IMG/VR virus record: IMGVR_UViG_3300032722_000006
Coordinates: 64,001 to 128,000 of that record
From: a virus
Direction: 5' to 3' (one strand)
Length of the DNA: 64,000 nt
How positions within the stretch are numbered: the stretch's first letter is position 1; every line of letters starts with the position of its first letter. The notes under the pieces were generated by a model. The model ran no database searches. It had not been told where the DNA came from and saw nothing but the letters and a program-made list of their open reading frames with translations. The translations under genes and the position numbers were made by a program. This document shows positions 1-10,194 of this stretch, one piece after another.

Positions 1-1
1 T

Positions 2-1288
2 ACGAATGTACCTTCTGGCACTTTCATTCGTGGTGAGAACGTCACGCAAACGAGTTCAGGCGCGCAAGGTGAGCTTTTGGGAATCGTGCAGGACGCTACA
101 GGTGGCGCCGGTTTCCTAGTCATCGCTCCTCGTGTTGTTGGCACAGGAAGTTACGCTAGTCCAGTCGCAACATATGGGTGGAATAACACAGCGAATGTTG
201 ACACAGTCACCGGAAGTTGGTCAGGTGCAACGGTCAACACTCCTGCTTCAAGCGTTCCAATCGCATACGTACGTGAAACTGTCATCTGGAAGAACTACAA
301 CAACTCTGGCATCATCTGGCACCAGTGTATCGATCAGAATTCATCAACCGAGAGTGCAATCACACCGAACACGGGTCGTCTATCGACAATGGCGAACACG
401 CTTCCACAGATGACAGGAAACATGGCGCCGGGAGGATCCGGTGGTTCGAACAACCCAACGCTAAATGGATTTTCGAATAATTGGGTCGGGACGTACTGCG
501 TCATGGGATACTGCGGTCAGGGTACGCCGTTTGGAAGCGCGCCTGTAAACAATGCGTGGGCGTATTGGCCCGGGTGCATAAACATCTCGCCTGGAACTGG
601 CAAGGCACAATTGCTAGTTGCGAACTGCGTTGAACAACAAGGAATTTCCGCCGATGGAACATGGCTCTACCTTCAGGGCGTTCCATCGACGGGCTACCAG
701 TGCTTGTCATATCTACGACTAGACAATCAGGAAGACGGTGATCTTGATCCGTACGTGCACCAAGCACATTATAACGGTTCATTGAACGGTGCTGCAACAA
801 GAATCATCAGTACGAATGCAACCAGTGGGTCGGGGAGCACGACAGACAACATGAACACTGCAGCAGCGTGGAATAACTCCACAGCCTCGCATGGATTCAC
901 AGGATTCCGTCGAAGAGGTTTGCTTGGCGAAACGTTCAATAATTTCAGCGTTGCTATCCTCAGAGATTATGCATCATCAAATTATCCGATAACGACAAAC
1001 ACGTCAAATCCTGACACGGTGAGTCATGCAGTGACATCAACGTGGGTGCGTGAGCCATTTTGGTTGTACTTGACACCATTTCCCAACAATCTCGCGTCAG
1101 GTCGTATGCGAAAGGGCACACCCCGTTGGTTACAGTTGGTCGAGTCCTATCAGACAAACGGCACGGCAATGGCAGTCAATTCTACGTTCGACAGTGCTGA
1201 ATGGGTAGTTCTATCACCGACTTCAAACGCATCATTCACTGTGGGTCTATTCGATGGTGGCACTAGCAACGGCGCCCCCATATTCTGA
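2..1288 (+). CDS. Ser/Thr/Gly-rich virion (tail-fibre-like) protein, 5'-truncated, paralogue 1
   Basis: Frame open from window edge (TNVPSGTFIRGENV...). Shares RLDNQEDGDLDPY and GRMRKGTPRW motifs with the next two genes. Confidence 0.7.
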   Translation, partial: TNVPSGTFIRGENVTQTSSGAQGELLGIVQDATGGAGFLVIAPRVVGTGSYASPVATYGWNNTANVDTVTGSWSGATVNTPASSVPIAYVRETVIWKNYNNSGIIWHQCIDQNSSTESAITPNTGRLSTMANTLPQMTGNMAPGGSGGSNNPTLNGFSNNWVGTYCVMGYCGQGTPFGSAPVNNAWAYWPGCINISPGTGKAQLLVANCVEQQGISADGTWLYLQGVPSTGYQCLSYLRLDNQEDGDLDPYVHQAHYNGSLNGAATRIISTNATSGSGSTTDNMNTAAAWNNSTASHGFTGFRRRGLLGETFNNFSVAILRDYASSNYPITTNTSNPDTVSHAVTSTWVREPFWLYLTPFPNNLASGRMRKGTPRWLQLVESYQTNGTAMAVNSTFDSAEWVVLSPTSNASFTVGLFDGGTSNGAPIF

Positions 1289-1294
1289 AAACAC

Positions 1295-3403
1295 ATGGCA
1301 AACGCTTGCGATCCAAACTTTAGCATCCTCAACACTTCTGGCTCATCGTCAGAGTACTTCTGCGCGATGTGGAAGTTGAGCCGTACGCTCATCTCGGCCG
1401 GCTGGAGGTACAAGTCATCGGGTAACGGACAAACGTCCGGTGTCAAAGACACGTCTGCGAATGAAGCCACTGACCAGTGGGCCGTCGGCGGCGCAGTGAA
1501 TTTGACATCTGCAGGACGCATATCGAACTCCGGTTCAGGAATTTCGATCGCAGCCGCTAGCGCTAGCACAGGTCTCGCAGTAATTTCAGGCATCACGAGC
1601 GCGAACAGTTACTCTGTGGGAGACTATCTCACGATCACAGGTTCAACTTCGCAAGGTGGCGCAACAATCTCAGGCACGAGCGTCATAGGCACAAACAACG
1701 GATCGTATCGAATCACTGCACAGACAGGAACTACAGTCACAGTGTACGCTCCCGGCATGGTTGCAGAAACTGGAAATTCCGCGCTGGCTGTCGTTGAACA
1801 ATTTGGAGGAGCTAGCGCTCAGATAACGTCATTCTCGACTGTCACGACAAGTGGAGGAAATGGTCAGTCGACCCTCATGACAGTCACGGGCCTAAGCGGC
1901 CTGTCGAGTGCCGACGTTGGTCGAGTGATCACGATCATCAACGCTTCGTCTGGTGCTAACAATGGCACGTTCCTGATCGTGACTGTGTTGTCGTCATCCA
2001 GTTGCCTCATCTACAACCCAAATGCAGTTGCAAGCGATGCGCAGAACGGCGTCGGAATTCAATGGGTCGAAGTTGATCCCAATGCTATGCTGTACCCTGC
2101 ATACTTTGCCGGCAGCTCAGGGGTAGGCGCATGGATCAACCTTCAAGGCCCTACGATCTTGAAGATCCCGATCGGTACGAACCTTCCCACAGGGTCGTTC
2201 GTACGTGGTGAAAACGTCATTCAGACAGGCACCGGTGCTCAAGGTGAGATGTTGGGAATTGTCACCGACTCTTCTGGAGGCACGGGATATCTCGTCATTG
2301 CTCCAAGAACTGTTGGAACTGGTGCGTCTGCTGGTTCAATCGCGTTGTATGGTTGGAACATCTCTGGCACTGACACGATCACAGGAGGTTGGTCAGGCGC
2401 AACCGTGACGTCAACGTCCGGACCTCCAGTAGCATACGTCTCCGAGATGATCATCTGGAAAGGCAGCGCAACGACAGGACACATCTATCACCAACGTGTT
2501 GATCAGAACGCTGCGGGTGAAAGCAACACAACTTCAACGACCGGTCGTTTTTCAACGATGTCGACATTGTCGTATGCAACGTCATTGATCCCACCTGGTG
2601 GTGCAACCGGTGGATCGCCTGTCACAGGAGGTTTTGCGTCTGCATGGACGGGTACCTACGTAGTCATAGGAACGGGTGGATCAGGCGCCGGAGGTACGAG
2701 CGCTGCATTGTGGCCAGGGACGCAGACGCCAACAAATCCGGGAAAAGCGCACCTCATTGCTGCGAACTGTGTTGAACAACAGGGAGTTTCTGCGGACGGA
2801 ACGTGGTTGTACCTGCAATCATGCAATAGTGCAGGCTACCAATGCCTGTCATATCTTAGGATGGACAACCAAGAAGACGGCGATCTAGATCCGTATGTTC
2901 ATCAGTTACATGGCCTTTCAGCGATCAGCAGCACCGCGAGTCGTACAGCAGATGTAGGAAATACAAACGTCGGATCGCAAACTGACAACATGAACGCCGT
3001 GAACGCATGGTTCAACAACACAGGATATCATGGGTTCAAGGGATTTCGCCGGCGTGGATTGTCAAGCGAGACATTCAACTACTTCAGTGTTGCGTTATTG
3101 TACGATTACGCAAATGCTTCATGGCTCACAGAGAACTCAAACAGTGGGAATCCAGATCAGATAGGTTCGAACATTGCAACGACAAGTGTTAGAGACGTGT
3201 TCTGGTTGTGGCTGACACCTTTCACTGCGCAGCTAGCGTCCGGACGCATGCGAAAAGGAACTCCTCGTTGGATGCAGATCATACAATCAAACACGGGTGT
3301 ACACACAACGTTTGATTCCAAATTGTGGGTTGCACTTTCATCGTCACCCTACACTACGTTCGTAGTTGGTCCATGGGATGGAACGACAACTCCCATGTTT
3401 TGA
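1295..3403 (+). CDS. virion/tail-fibre-like protein, paralogue 2
   Basis: 702 aa, T/S/G-rich. N-terminal WKLSRTLISAGWRYK and the C-terminal domain are shared with neighbours. Confidence 0.75.
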   Translation: MANACDPNFSILNTSGSSSEYFCAMWKLSRTLISAGWRYKSSGNGQTSGVKDTSANEATDQWAVGGAVNLTSAGRISNSGSGISIAAASASTGLAVISGITSANSYSVGDYLTITGSTSQGGATISGTSVIGTNNGSYRITAQTGTTVTVYAPGMVAETGNSALAVVEQFGGASAQITSFSTVTTSGGNGQSTLMTVTGLSGLSSADVGRVITIINASSGANNGTFLIVTVLSSSSCLIYNPNAVASDAQNGVGIQWVEVDPNAMLYPAYFAGSSGVGAWINLQGPTILKIPIGTNLPTGSFVRGENVIQTGTGAQGEMLGIVTDSSGGTGYLVIAPRTVGTGASAGSIALYGWNISGTDTITGGWSGATVTSTSGPPVAYVSEMIIWKGSATTGHIYHQRVDQNAAGESNTTSTTGRFSTMSTLSYATSLIPPGGATGGSPVTGGFASAWTGTYVVIGTGGSGAGGTSAALWPGTQTPTNPGKAHLIAANCVEQQGVSADGTWLYLQSCNSAGYQCLSYLRMDNQEDGDLDPYVHQLHGLSAISSTASRTADVGNTNVGSQTDNMNAVNAWFNNTGYHGFKGFRRRGLSSETFNYFSVALLYDYANASWLTENSNSGNPDQIGSNIATTSVRDVFWLWLTPFTAQLASGRMRKGTPRWMQIIQSNTGVHTTFDSKLWVALSSSPYTTFVVGPWDGTTTPMF

Positions 3404-3423
3404 TACTTGAGAGATAGAGAATC

Positions 3424-6399
3424 ATGGCAAACGCAGCAACAGTCAACCTTGTCGAACAAAACAATGGTGAATTGTTCCACGCAATCTGGAAGTTGACGCG
3501 GACGATGCTCGCTGCTGGGTGGCAATACAAAGCAAGCAGCCTGGCGCTGACAAACACGACGTGGTGGTACAACTATTACGAAACGAGCTACTATTCTCAG
3601 AACGTATACGGCGGATCGATATCGAGCACCGTGAACGCCGCGCAACAGTACACAGGCGCTAGCGTCACTGCGTATTCATCGTCATTGATGACACTCACGA
3701 TACCTGCGATACCGTTCTGTGGAGTACCACAGCCAAATACTTGCACGTGCACCAACGGTAGCCCAAACGTTACTGGGATACCAACCAATACTGCATGTAG
3801 CGCAGGCGATATTTTTACGTTCGTTCCTAGCACGTCAACAAGAAATCCTGGTTCAACGACGTTCTACGTCTGCTCAACGAATGAAAACGGAACTACGACG
3901 ATTCCACTAACGACAAACTTCGGAGGTACGACCGGTACGTACATCTTCTCAAGGTTGTCATGTATCGGCGGCCCAAACTCTGGCGGCCCGTGCACATTCA
4001 CGCTGGCGGCGTCATCATCAGTCACGACATCAGTCAACACGATTGGGTGGATCAACGTCGGCGATCAGATCATGTTCAGTTCACAGTTGAACACGTACTA
4101 CACTGTCACGGCAGTGACCTCAAGCTCGATCACACTCAACACTTCATACACGGGAACTACAGGTTCAGGGAAGTACGGCTACCTGGTATCGAATGGGTTC
4201 AACGCATCGTGTGTTGGACAAAACGTGACGATCTCTGGTGCTGCGAACTCGTCCGGAACGATCAATGGAACGTACCTGATCATTGCGCAACCAACGTTCA
4301 ATACCATTCAAGTGTACAATCCTTCGGGTGCGTCTACCGACTCAAACAATGGTTCGATTGCGCTGACACTCGTGAAGGATGCAGCGCTTGACCTGTGGGG
4401 CGTTGGAGGTGCAGTGAACATCCAGAACGTGTCGGGTACACACGGTTCTGGGTCTGGGACAGGCGTCACGATCGTACCAGGAGGTCCGTACAACGGTACG
4501 TACGGTTACGTTCAGAATTCAGGCATCATGGGATATGTCACCATCACAGGCGTGACAGGCTTCTCACAGACTGCATCACCCGGCAGGTACGTCACCATCA
4601 CGGGTTCAACGCAATTGTATAGCGGCGGCGCAACGCTTTTTTCAAACAATGGAAGCTATCGTATCGTTTCTGCAAATTCTGCCGGAACATCCGTCGTCAT
4701 ATATGCGCCACAATTGATCCCAGAGACGGGAAATTCATCGTTGACTGTCGTTGAGCAGTATGGCGGCGCAGATGGGACACTTGGCGCATTCTCAACGCTG
4801 AGTCCTTCGGGAACCGGTCAGTCGACCCTCATCAATTTCACCACCTCAACGTTCACAGGATTCACAGCGTCTGATGTTGGCAAGAGGATCACAATTCTCA
4901 ACGCTACGAACACGCTCACGAACAGCAACACGTTCACAATCGCTCAGTACGTCTCAAGCAACAACGTGTTACTCTATGGGCCAGGGTGCACTGCAAGCGA
5001 CAGCAATACGTCATTGCAGTGGGTTGAAACTGATCCTCTTCAACAAACATACAGTTCGAACTGGTGGGGTAACGGCTGCAGCGGATCATGGATTATTCTT
5101 CAGGGACCGTCGACGATCAAGGTCCCCATCGGTAACAACACTTCGACGGGCGTGCTAATTCGTGGTGAGAATGTTGTCCAATCCTCGACGGGCGCGCAAG
5201 GTGAACTTCTAGGTTACAACTATGATCCCACGGGAGGTGGTCAGGGCTACTTGGTGATCGCGCCGAGGGTTGTTGGCACCGGGTCGAGCGGTTGGTCAGG
5301 CTGCCTGTACGGATGGAATAATTCCGGCACTGACACTGTGACGGGCGGAATTTCTGGTGCGACGGTCACAACAACGGCAGGTCCACCTGTAGTGTACGTC
5401 CGCGAGATGATGATTCAGAAATTTTCATCCTCGACGGGAAACGTCTACTACCAGTGCATCGATCAAAACCCATTGACTGAAAGCGCTACGACGCCTGTCA
5501 CCGGTAGGTTCTCTACGATGGCGAATACGCTTACACAGTCGTGGGGGTGCATAAGTCACATCGTCGCCCCGGGCGGAAGTTTCTATCAGAATGCTGGTTC
5601 ATTGCTAAATGCATTGCCGCGCTATGGCACCATGGTCATGATAGGCTGGACTGGAACGGGCGTTCCAACATACTATGCTGCAACGACGTACGGAACCTCC
5701 ACGTATGGTTATTGGACAGGTTGCTCTAACGTTGGTAGTGAATGGGGTGCTCGTGCGCATACGCTCGTTGCGAACAACATAGAGCAACAAGGAATATCGC
5801 AAGACGGATCGTGGATCTACTTGCAGTCTGCATACTACTCGGGCAACCCATCTGCGTACCTCGGAATGGCATGCCAACGTCTAGACAATCAAGAGGACGG
5901 AGATGTCGATCCGTATGCTTGTCAGGTGATGTCGAGTTACACACCGGCCACCGCAGTAGCCACTGCATGCGGCACAACTAACATAAATAATGCTGACAAT
6001 TACTCGCTACCGAACGTGATATGGTCAAGCTATTCTCAATGGCGCGGGTTTCGTCGTCGTGGCATGGGACAAGGTGACAACTTTTATGGGTTGCAAATGG
6101 CGTACCTGTACGATCCGTATCAAGGAACTTACATCATGGGAACTTCCAATGGTGGCATTCCAGATCAAGTTGCAACTGCATTCACGCCGACAAACGTACG
6201 AGAGCCGATATGGCTGTACATCGGAGGAACAGCCGGCTATCCTCGCATGCGAAAAGGAACTCCTAGGTGGATGATGCTTTCACAAGGTACATTCTCTAAC
6301 CAGACGTTTGACAGCATGAAGTGGATCAGTCTCTCAAACTCTGGGAACGCACAGTTCGTTGTGGGTCCATGGGATGGCGCGACAGTTCCTACGTTCTGA
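3424..6399 (+). CDS. virion/tail-fibre-like protein, paralogue 3
   Basis: 991 aa, same N- and C-terminal modules with extra beta-rich inserts. Confidence 0.75.
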   Translation: MANAATVNLVEQNNGELFHAIWKLTRTMLAAGWQYKASSLALTNTTWWYNYYETSYYSQNVYGGSISSTVNAAQQYTGASVTAYSSSLMTLTIPAIPFCGVPQPNTCTCTNGSPNVTGIPTNTACSAGDIFTFVPSTSTRNPGSTTFYVCSTNENGTTTIPLTTNFGGTTGTYIFSRLSCIGGPNSGGPCTFTLAASSSVTTSVNTIGWINVGDQIMFSSQLNTYYTVTAVTSSSITLNTSYTGTTGSGKYGYLVSNGFNASCVGQNVTISGAANSSGTINGTYLIIAQPTFNTIQVYNPSGASTDSNNGSIALTLVKDAALDLWGVGGAVNIQNVSGTHGSGSGTGVTIVPGGPYNGTYGYVQNSGIMGYVTITGVTGFSQTASPGRYVTITGSTQLYSGGATLFSNNGSYRIVSANSAGTSVVIYAPQLIPETGNSSLTVVEQYGGADGTLGAFSTLSPSGTGQSTLINFTTSTFTGFTASDVGKRITILNATNTLTNSNTFTIAQYVSSNNVLLYGPGCTASDSNTSLQWVETDPLQQTYSSNWWGNGCSGSWIILQGPSTIKVPIGNNTSTGVLIRGENVVQSSTGAQGELLGYNYDPTGGGQGYLVIAPRVVGTGSSGWSGCLYGWNNSGTDTVTGGISGATVTTTAGPPVVYVREMMIQKFSSSTGNVYYQCIDQNPLTESATTPVTGRFSTMANTLTQSWGCISHIVAPGGSFYQNAGSLLNALPRYGTMVMIGWTGTGVPTYYAATTYGTSTYGYWTGCSNVGSEWGARAHTLVANNIEQQGISQDGSWIYLQSAYYSGNPSAYLGMACQRLDNQEDGDVDPYACQVMSSYTPATAVATACGTTNINNADNYSLPNVIWSSYSQWRGFRRRGMGQGDNFYGLQMAYLYDPYQGTYIMGTSNGGIPDQVATAFTPTNVREPIWLYIGGTAGYPRMRKGTPRWMMLSQGTFSNQTFDSMKWISLSNSGNAQFVVGPWDGATVPTF

Positions 6400-6408
6400 T
6401 CGGAGAAA

Positions 6409-6912
6409 TTGATGACTGATTATGGAAAGTCACAATGCCGTCAGACGGAGAACATAGGCAATTCGCCGTGTGGTCAGACAGGTTATCCCTTTGGTTCACG
6501 AGGAAATGCGTACCACGAGTATGGCACAGTGAAGGATGTACCGGTCCGCGCATCAAAAGACGGAAATCTATCCAGTTCGAGCGTGACGCCAGCTGGTTCA
6601 GGCTCAACGCAATCAGCCGGTGGACATCACTATTTCCGCCTTTCGACGTTGAAAGATGCTTTAAATCGTTATGGAAAATCGAACGGACTGTTCGGTGGAA
6701 AGTCAGGAACTTCAGGTGCAACGCAGGCAAACACTGGACCACTACCATTCCCACCATCGTCAGGGGGCACTGTCACGTATTACTCAATGCGCAGGACTGA
6801 CACTGCAGCAGCAAACGGTTACAGTCATTGGGTGAACACGACTGGTGACGCAACTGGGGCGCCGTCGTCTGTTGGATCGGTTGGCCCTCCTGTCATCATC
6901 ACAACGTTCTGA
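6409..6912 (+). CDS. hypothetical protein (virion module)
   Basis: 167-aa ORF tightly packed in the + operon. Confidence 0.6.
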   Translation: MMTDYGKSQCRQTENIGNSPCGQTGYPFGSRGNAYHEYGTVKDVPVRASKDGNLSSSSVTPAGSGSTQSAGGHHYFRLSTLKDALNRYGKSNGLFGGKSGTSGATQANTGPLPFPPSSGGTVTYYSMRRTDTAAANGYSHWVNTTGDATGAPSSVGSVGPPVIITTF

Positions 6913-6953
6913 CAGTGGATACGTATGAAACACGCTAACGTGAAGGAAGAACA

Positions 6954-9560
6954 GTGAGCTACAATGCCGTCATACAGGTGATTGGATCGCAAGGACCACA
7001 AGGCCCTGCTGGACCCAAGTCTCCCCTCGTTGACGGTGGAAATCAGGCATATGCCACGTCATCAGTCGCGTTTGATTCCCAGGGACAGTACGCCTCAGCG
7101 TTTGGAACTGACATCTTTCACTACGTCTCAGGTACACAAGGCCTAGGGCCAAATGCATCAGGAAGGCAGGTATTTGCGCTCGGCGGCGACATGTACTCCT
7201 CAGGCTCGGGCATCTTCGCCCAGGGCTTGACCGGCAGCATCACTCAACTTTCCAATGGAAATCCATTTCTTGTGGGAATGGGTAACATCACCGTCCTTAC
7301 GAATTCATTGGGTCAGATCGTTGTCAGCGGCTCGGGCGGCACGCCCACTGTCACAAACGTCACAGGCTCCGGAGGGACGAGCGTTTCAAACATCGGATCG
7401 ATCTTCACGGTTTCTTCTTCAGTCGGCGTGCTGAGCGTCATCCCGCAAGGGGGACTCGCTGCGTCGATTGCCGGATCAACGCTCACCGTCTCTGGTTCTG
7501 CGGGTGTGTTGAGCGTTGTACCGCATGGTGGAACTTCCGCGTCAATCACTGGAACTGCGTTGACTGTCTCGAGCTCTATTGTGTCGGTCAGTGGACAAGG
7601 AGGTACGTCAGTCACTAACGGTGGTGGAACAACGTTCACTGTGTCATCTTCTGCGGGAGTCTTGAGCGTAGTTCCACAAGGCGGAATTGCTGCGTCAATC
7701 ACTGGCACGGCCTTGACTGTCTCTGGATCTGCAGGCGTATTGAGTGTGGTTTCGCAAGGTGGAACATCCGCATCAATCACGGGAACTGCGCTCACGGTAT
7801 CTTCGTCAGTGGGTGTGCTCAGCGTAATCCCACAAGGAGGACTAGTTGCGTCGATCGCAGGGTCAGCACTGACGGTCTCGGGCACAGTGGGAGTGCTAGG
7901 CGTTGTCTCTCAAGGCGGAACACACGCATCGATCGCCGGCTCAATGCTCACAGTCTCTAGCTCAGTCGGTGCGAATGCATATTCATCGTACGTCGTGACC
8001 AATCCAGACGGTGAAAATCCAAATGAAAGATCGCTTGTTGGCAGAGGGTCTGTTCAAACGATCGACAATGGATCTGGCAATGCGTTCGTACTGCTTGTCA
8101 CGGGAACGTTGCAGGATACGGGAGCAGGTCAACTCTTCACAACAAGTTCGATCAGGTCAACGACAGGTCTTACAGGAAGCCTGACGCAGGTCTCTGCAGG
8201 AAATCCATTCCTGCTTCCAGGCACGAACGTCACGCTCTCCGCAAATCCTGCAGGGCAATGGACTATCTCTGCAGCTACTGGCAGCGGAGGTGGGGGTGGA
8301 GGAGGTTCCGGTGTTGACCCGTACGCTAGCTACGTCGTATTTTCGACAACAGGTTCACTAGCGAATGAAAGAACGTTGGCAGCAGGAGCAGGAATTTCGC
8401 TCACCGACGGAGGTCCTGGTGGGTTGTTGACGATCGGGAATACGGGTGGTGGTTCGTCAGGCTCGTGGACAACTTACGTTAATCTGACCGGCTACTATCA
8501 GTATGTACCGTACGATGGGCCAACAGACGTAATTCCCAGTACTGTGATCGTATCAGGCAGCGACAATAGTTTCTCTGGCGTTCAGTATTACATGCCAACA
8601 GGGACACCTTTCATCACAGTGATGTCGTCAACGTTGCCGTCTTCTGACGTAGCAGTGTTCATGACCGGAAGTTATCCTGGCGATGGTACGACCTTCAACA
8701 CTCTTAATCCCACGCTCGTGTACTCAGACGGAACGAACATGTTTTCCTCGTTTGAGTGTCCGAACGGCGAGTATGACCTATCGGTGATCAAAACCGTGGG
8801 TGGTGTCTATCCGCATGGTGGGCCGATGGCGAGGTACGTTTCATCTCTTGGCGGGATGAATCGTTATGCATACACAACAATGCCGTACATCCCAATGTAC
8901 GGATGCATGCTTAATCCTCAGGACAACGCTGCTAGCTATATTTCTTACCCAAACACCGGTGCTGGGAACACAGATGTTTTTCCGTACTATCCCACTGACA
9001 CGCTCGTCTGGCAACATAGTCCTTTGTCAACTTCACCCTACTTTCTTGTGGGTTGGATGGGCCAGACACAGACGGGAGGGTCACAGACGATCGTCCCGGA
9101 GGTCTTCTATCCTGACCCGTATTCACCTGGAAATGCGTGGATTTCACAGCAACAGAGCGAACTAATCATTAGGATCGGAGAAGCAATCGTTGGTCCCAAC
9201 GCTCTATTGACTGACTCAGTCACTCTTCCGGACACTGGGAACGGTACTACGACAACTCTAACCGTAGACATGACAGCTAAGATTAGCTACAGCGATGGAA
9301 CTGCATCGGATGTGCTCGGTGATTCGTGCTATGGTAAATTCTCAGCTACTTTCACAAGCATCGGTGGCGCTGTAACACAGTTGGGAACCACTACAACACT
9401 TGTGCCAATTGCAAACGCAGCTAGCACTTCAATGGCAGACCTGGTCTTCACCTTGAGTGCGGCCGGCACGGTCGTGTACTTACAAACAACGTCAGGTACG
9501 TTGATTGGCACTTCGTCGGTCATCGCGCTTCAATTCAAAGTCACCGCAGAGGTAAACTGA
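6954..9560 (+). CDS. tail fibre-like protein with ~26-aa tandem repeats
   Basis: Short GPQ collagen-like start, about 8 copies of GVLSVvPQGGxxASIxGxxLTVSxS, poly-Gly linker. Confidence 0.7.
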   Translation: MSYNAVIQVIGSQGPQGPAGPKSPLVDGGNQAYATSSVAFDSQGQYASAFGTDIFHYVSGTQGLGPNASGRQVFALGGDMYSSGSGIFAQGLTGSITQLSNGNPFLVGMGNITVLTNSLGQIVVSGSGGTPTVTNVTGSGGTSVSNIGSIFTVSSSVGVLSVIPQGGLAASIAGSTLTVSGSAGVLSVVPHGGTSASITGTALTVSSSIVSVSGQGGTSVTNGGGTTFTVSSSAGVLSVVPQGGIAASITGTALTVSGSAGVLSVVSQGGTSASITGTALTVSSSVGVLSVIPQGGLVASIAGSALTVSGTVGVLGVVSQGGTHASIAGSMLTVSSSVGANAYSSYVVTNPDGENPNERSLVGRGSVQTIDNGSGNAFVLLVTGTLQDTGAGQLFTTSSIRSTTGLTGSLTQVSAGNPFLLPGTNVTLSANPAGQWTISAATGSGGGGGGGSGVDPYASYVVFSTTGSLANERTLAAGAGISLTDGGPGGLLTIGNTGGGSSGSWTTYVNLTGYYQYVPYDGPTDVIPSTVIVSGSDNSFSGVQYYMPTGTPFITVMSSTLPSSDVAVFMTGSYPGDGTTFNTLNPTLVYSDGTNMFSSFECPNGEYDLSVIKTVGGVYPHGGPMARYVSSLGGMNRYAYTTMPYIPMYGCMLNPQDNAASYISYPNTGAGNTDVFPYYPTDTLVWQHSPLSTSPYFLVGWMGQTQTGGSQTIVPEVFYPDPYSPGNAWISQQQSELIIRIGEAIVGPNALLTDSVTLPDTGNGTTTTLTVDMTAKISYSDGTASDVLGDSCYGKFSATFTSIGGAVTQLGTTTTLVPIANAASTSMADLVFTLSAAGTVVYLQTTSGTLIGTSSVIALQFKVTAEVN
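7350..7970 (+). repeat. intragenic degenerate tandem repeat (~78 bp unit)
   Basis: Repeating peptide unit in 6954..9560. Confidence 0.75.
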
Positions 9561-9561
9561 A

Positions 9562-9921
9562 ATGGCCGGAAGATTCACGCTCTCAACACCTTACGTATCA
9601 ACCGCATGGAACATCACCGTGTCAACTTGGGACTACTCTCTCAACATGTACAACGGAAAAATCCGACACGTTGACATTCACTGGTACTCTAGCGCCGGGG
9701 CCGTCGTTGGACCTCAGGTCGTCCCAGGAGGTCCCGTGTCGAGCGTTGCTGTTCCCAAAGGTACTGCTCAGGGCGTCATTGCAGGAAAGATGTCAACTGT
9801 TGATACGCACATCGCAACGCTCATGGCAACTGCGGCGCTCGCGGGTGAAACGCCGATTCAAACCCTTGATAGGGCAGTCAAGACATACGCAATTGCACTG
9901 TACCCGGCCTTGACGTTCTAA
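9562..9921 (+). CDS. hypothetical protein
   Basis: 119-aa ORF starting 1 nt after the upstream stop. Confidence 0.6.
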   Translation: MAGRFTLSTPYVSTAWNITVSTWDYSLNMYNGKIRHVDIHWYSSAGAVVGPQVVPGGPVSSVAVPKGTAQGVIAGKMSTVDTHIATLMATAALAGETPIQTLDRAVKTYAIALYPALTF

Positions 9922-10076
9922 CGTTCAACGGGAACGATCTGAAGCATGAGAGCTCGCCTCATGAGCTCCTCCTCCCACGCGATACGTTCATCCTCCGTGG
10001 GCCCAACCTTCTCAGGCGTTGCAGGTACCATGATGACATCATTCTCGTCACCCATAAGATCAATCATGATGAACAT
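9918..10076 (-). CDS. small hypothetical protein (52 aa)
   Basis: MFIMIDLMGDEND...VPVER, preceded by GAGG and an ATACTTA motif. Not in the ORF track. Confidence 0.5.
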   Translation of the reverse strand: MFIMIDLMGDENDVIMVPATPEKVGPTEDERIAWEEELMRRALMLQIVPVER

Positions 10077-10194
10077 CTGACACCTCTCGTATTAAGTATC
10101 CCGGACACCTGCAACTGTCACCCGACCGGCCTTGTCGGCCAAACCTACGGCCCACGAGCGGCCCACGAAATAACTCGTGGGCCGCCATTATTGG

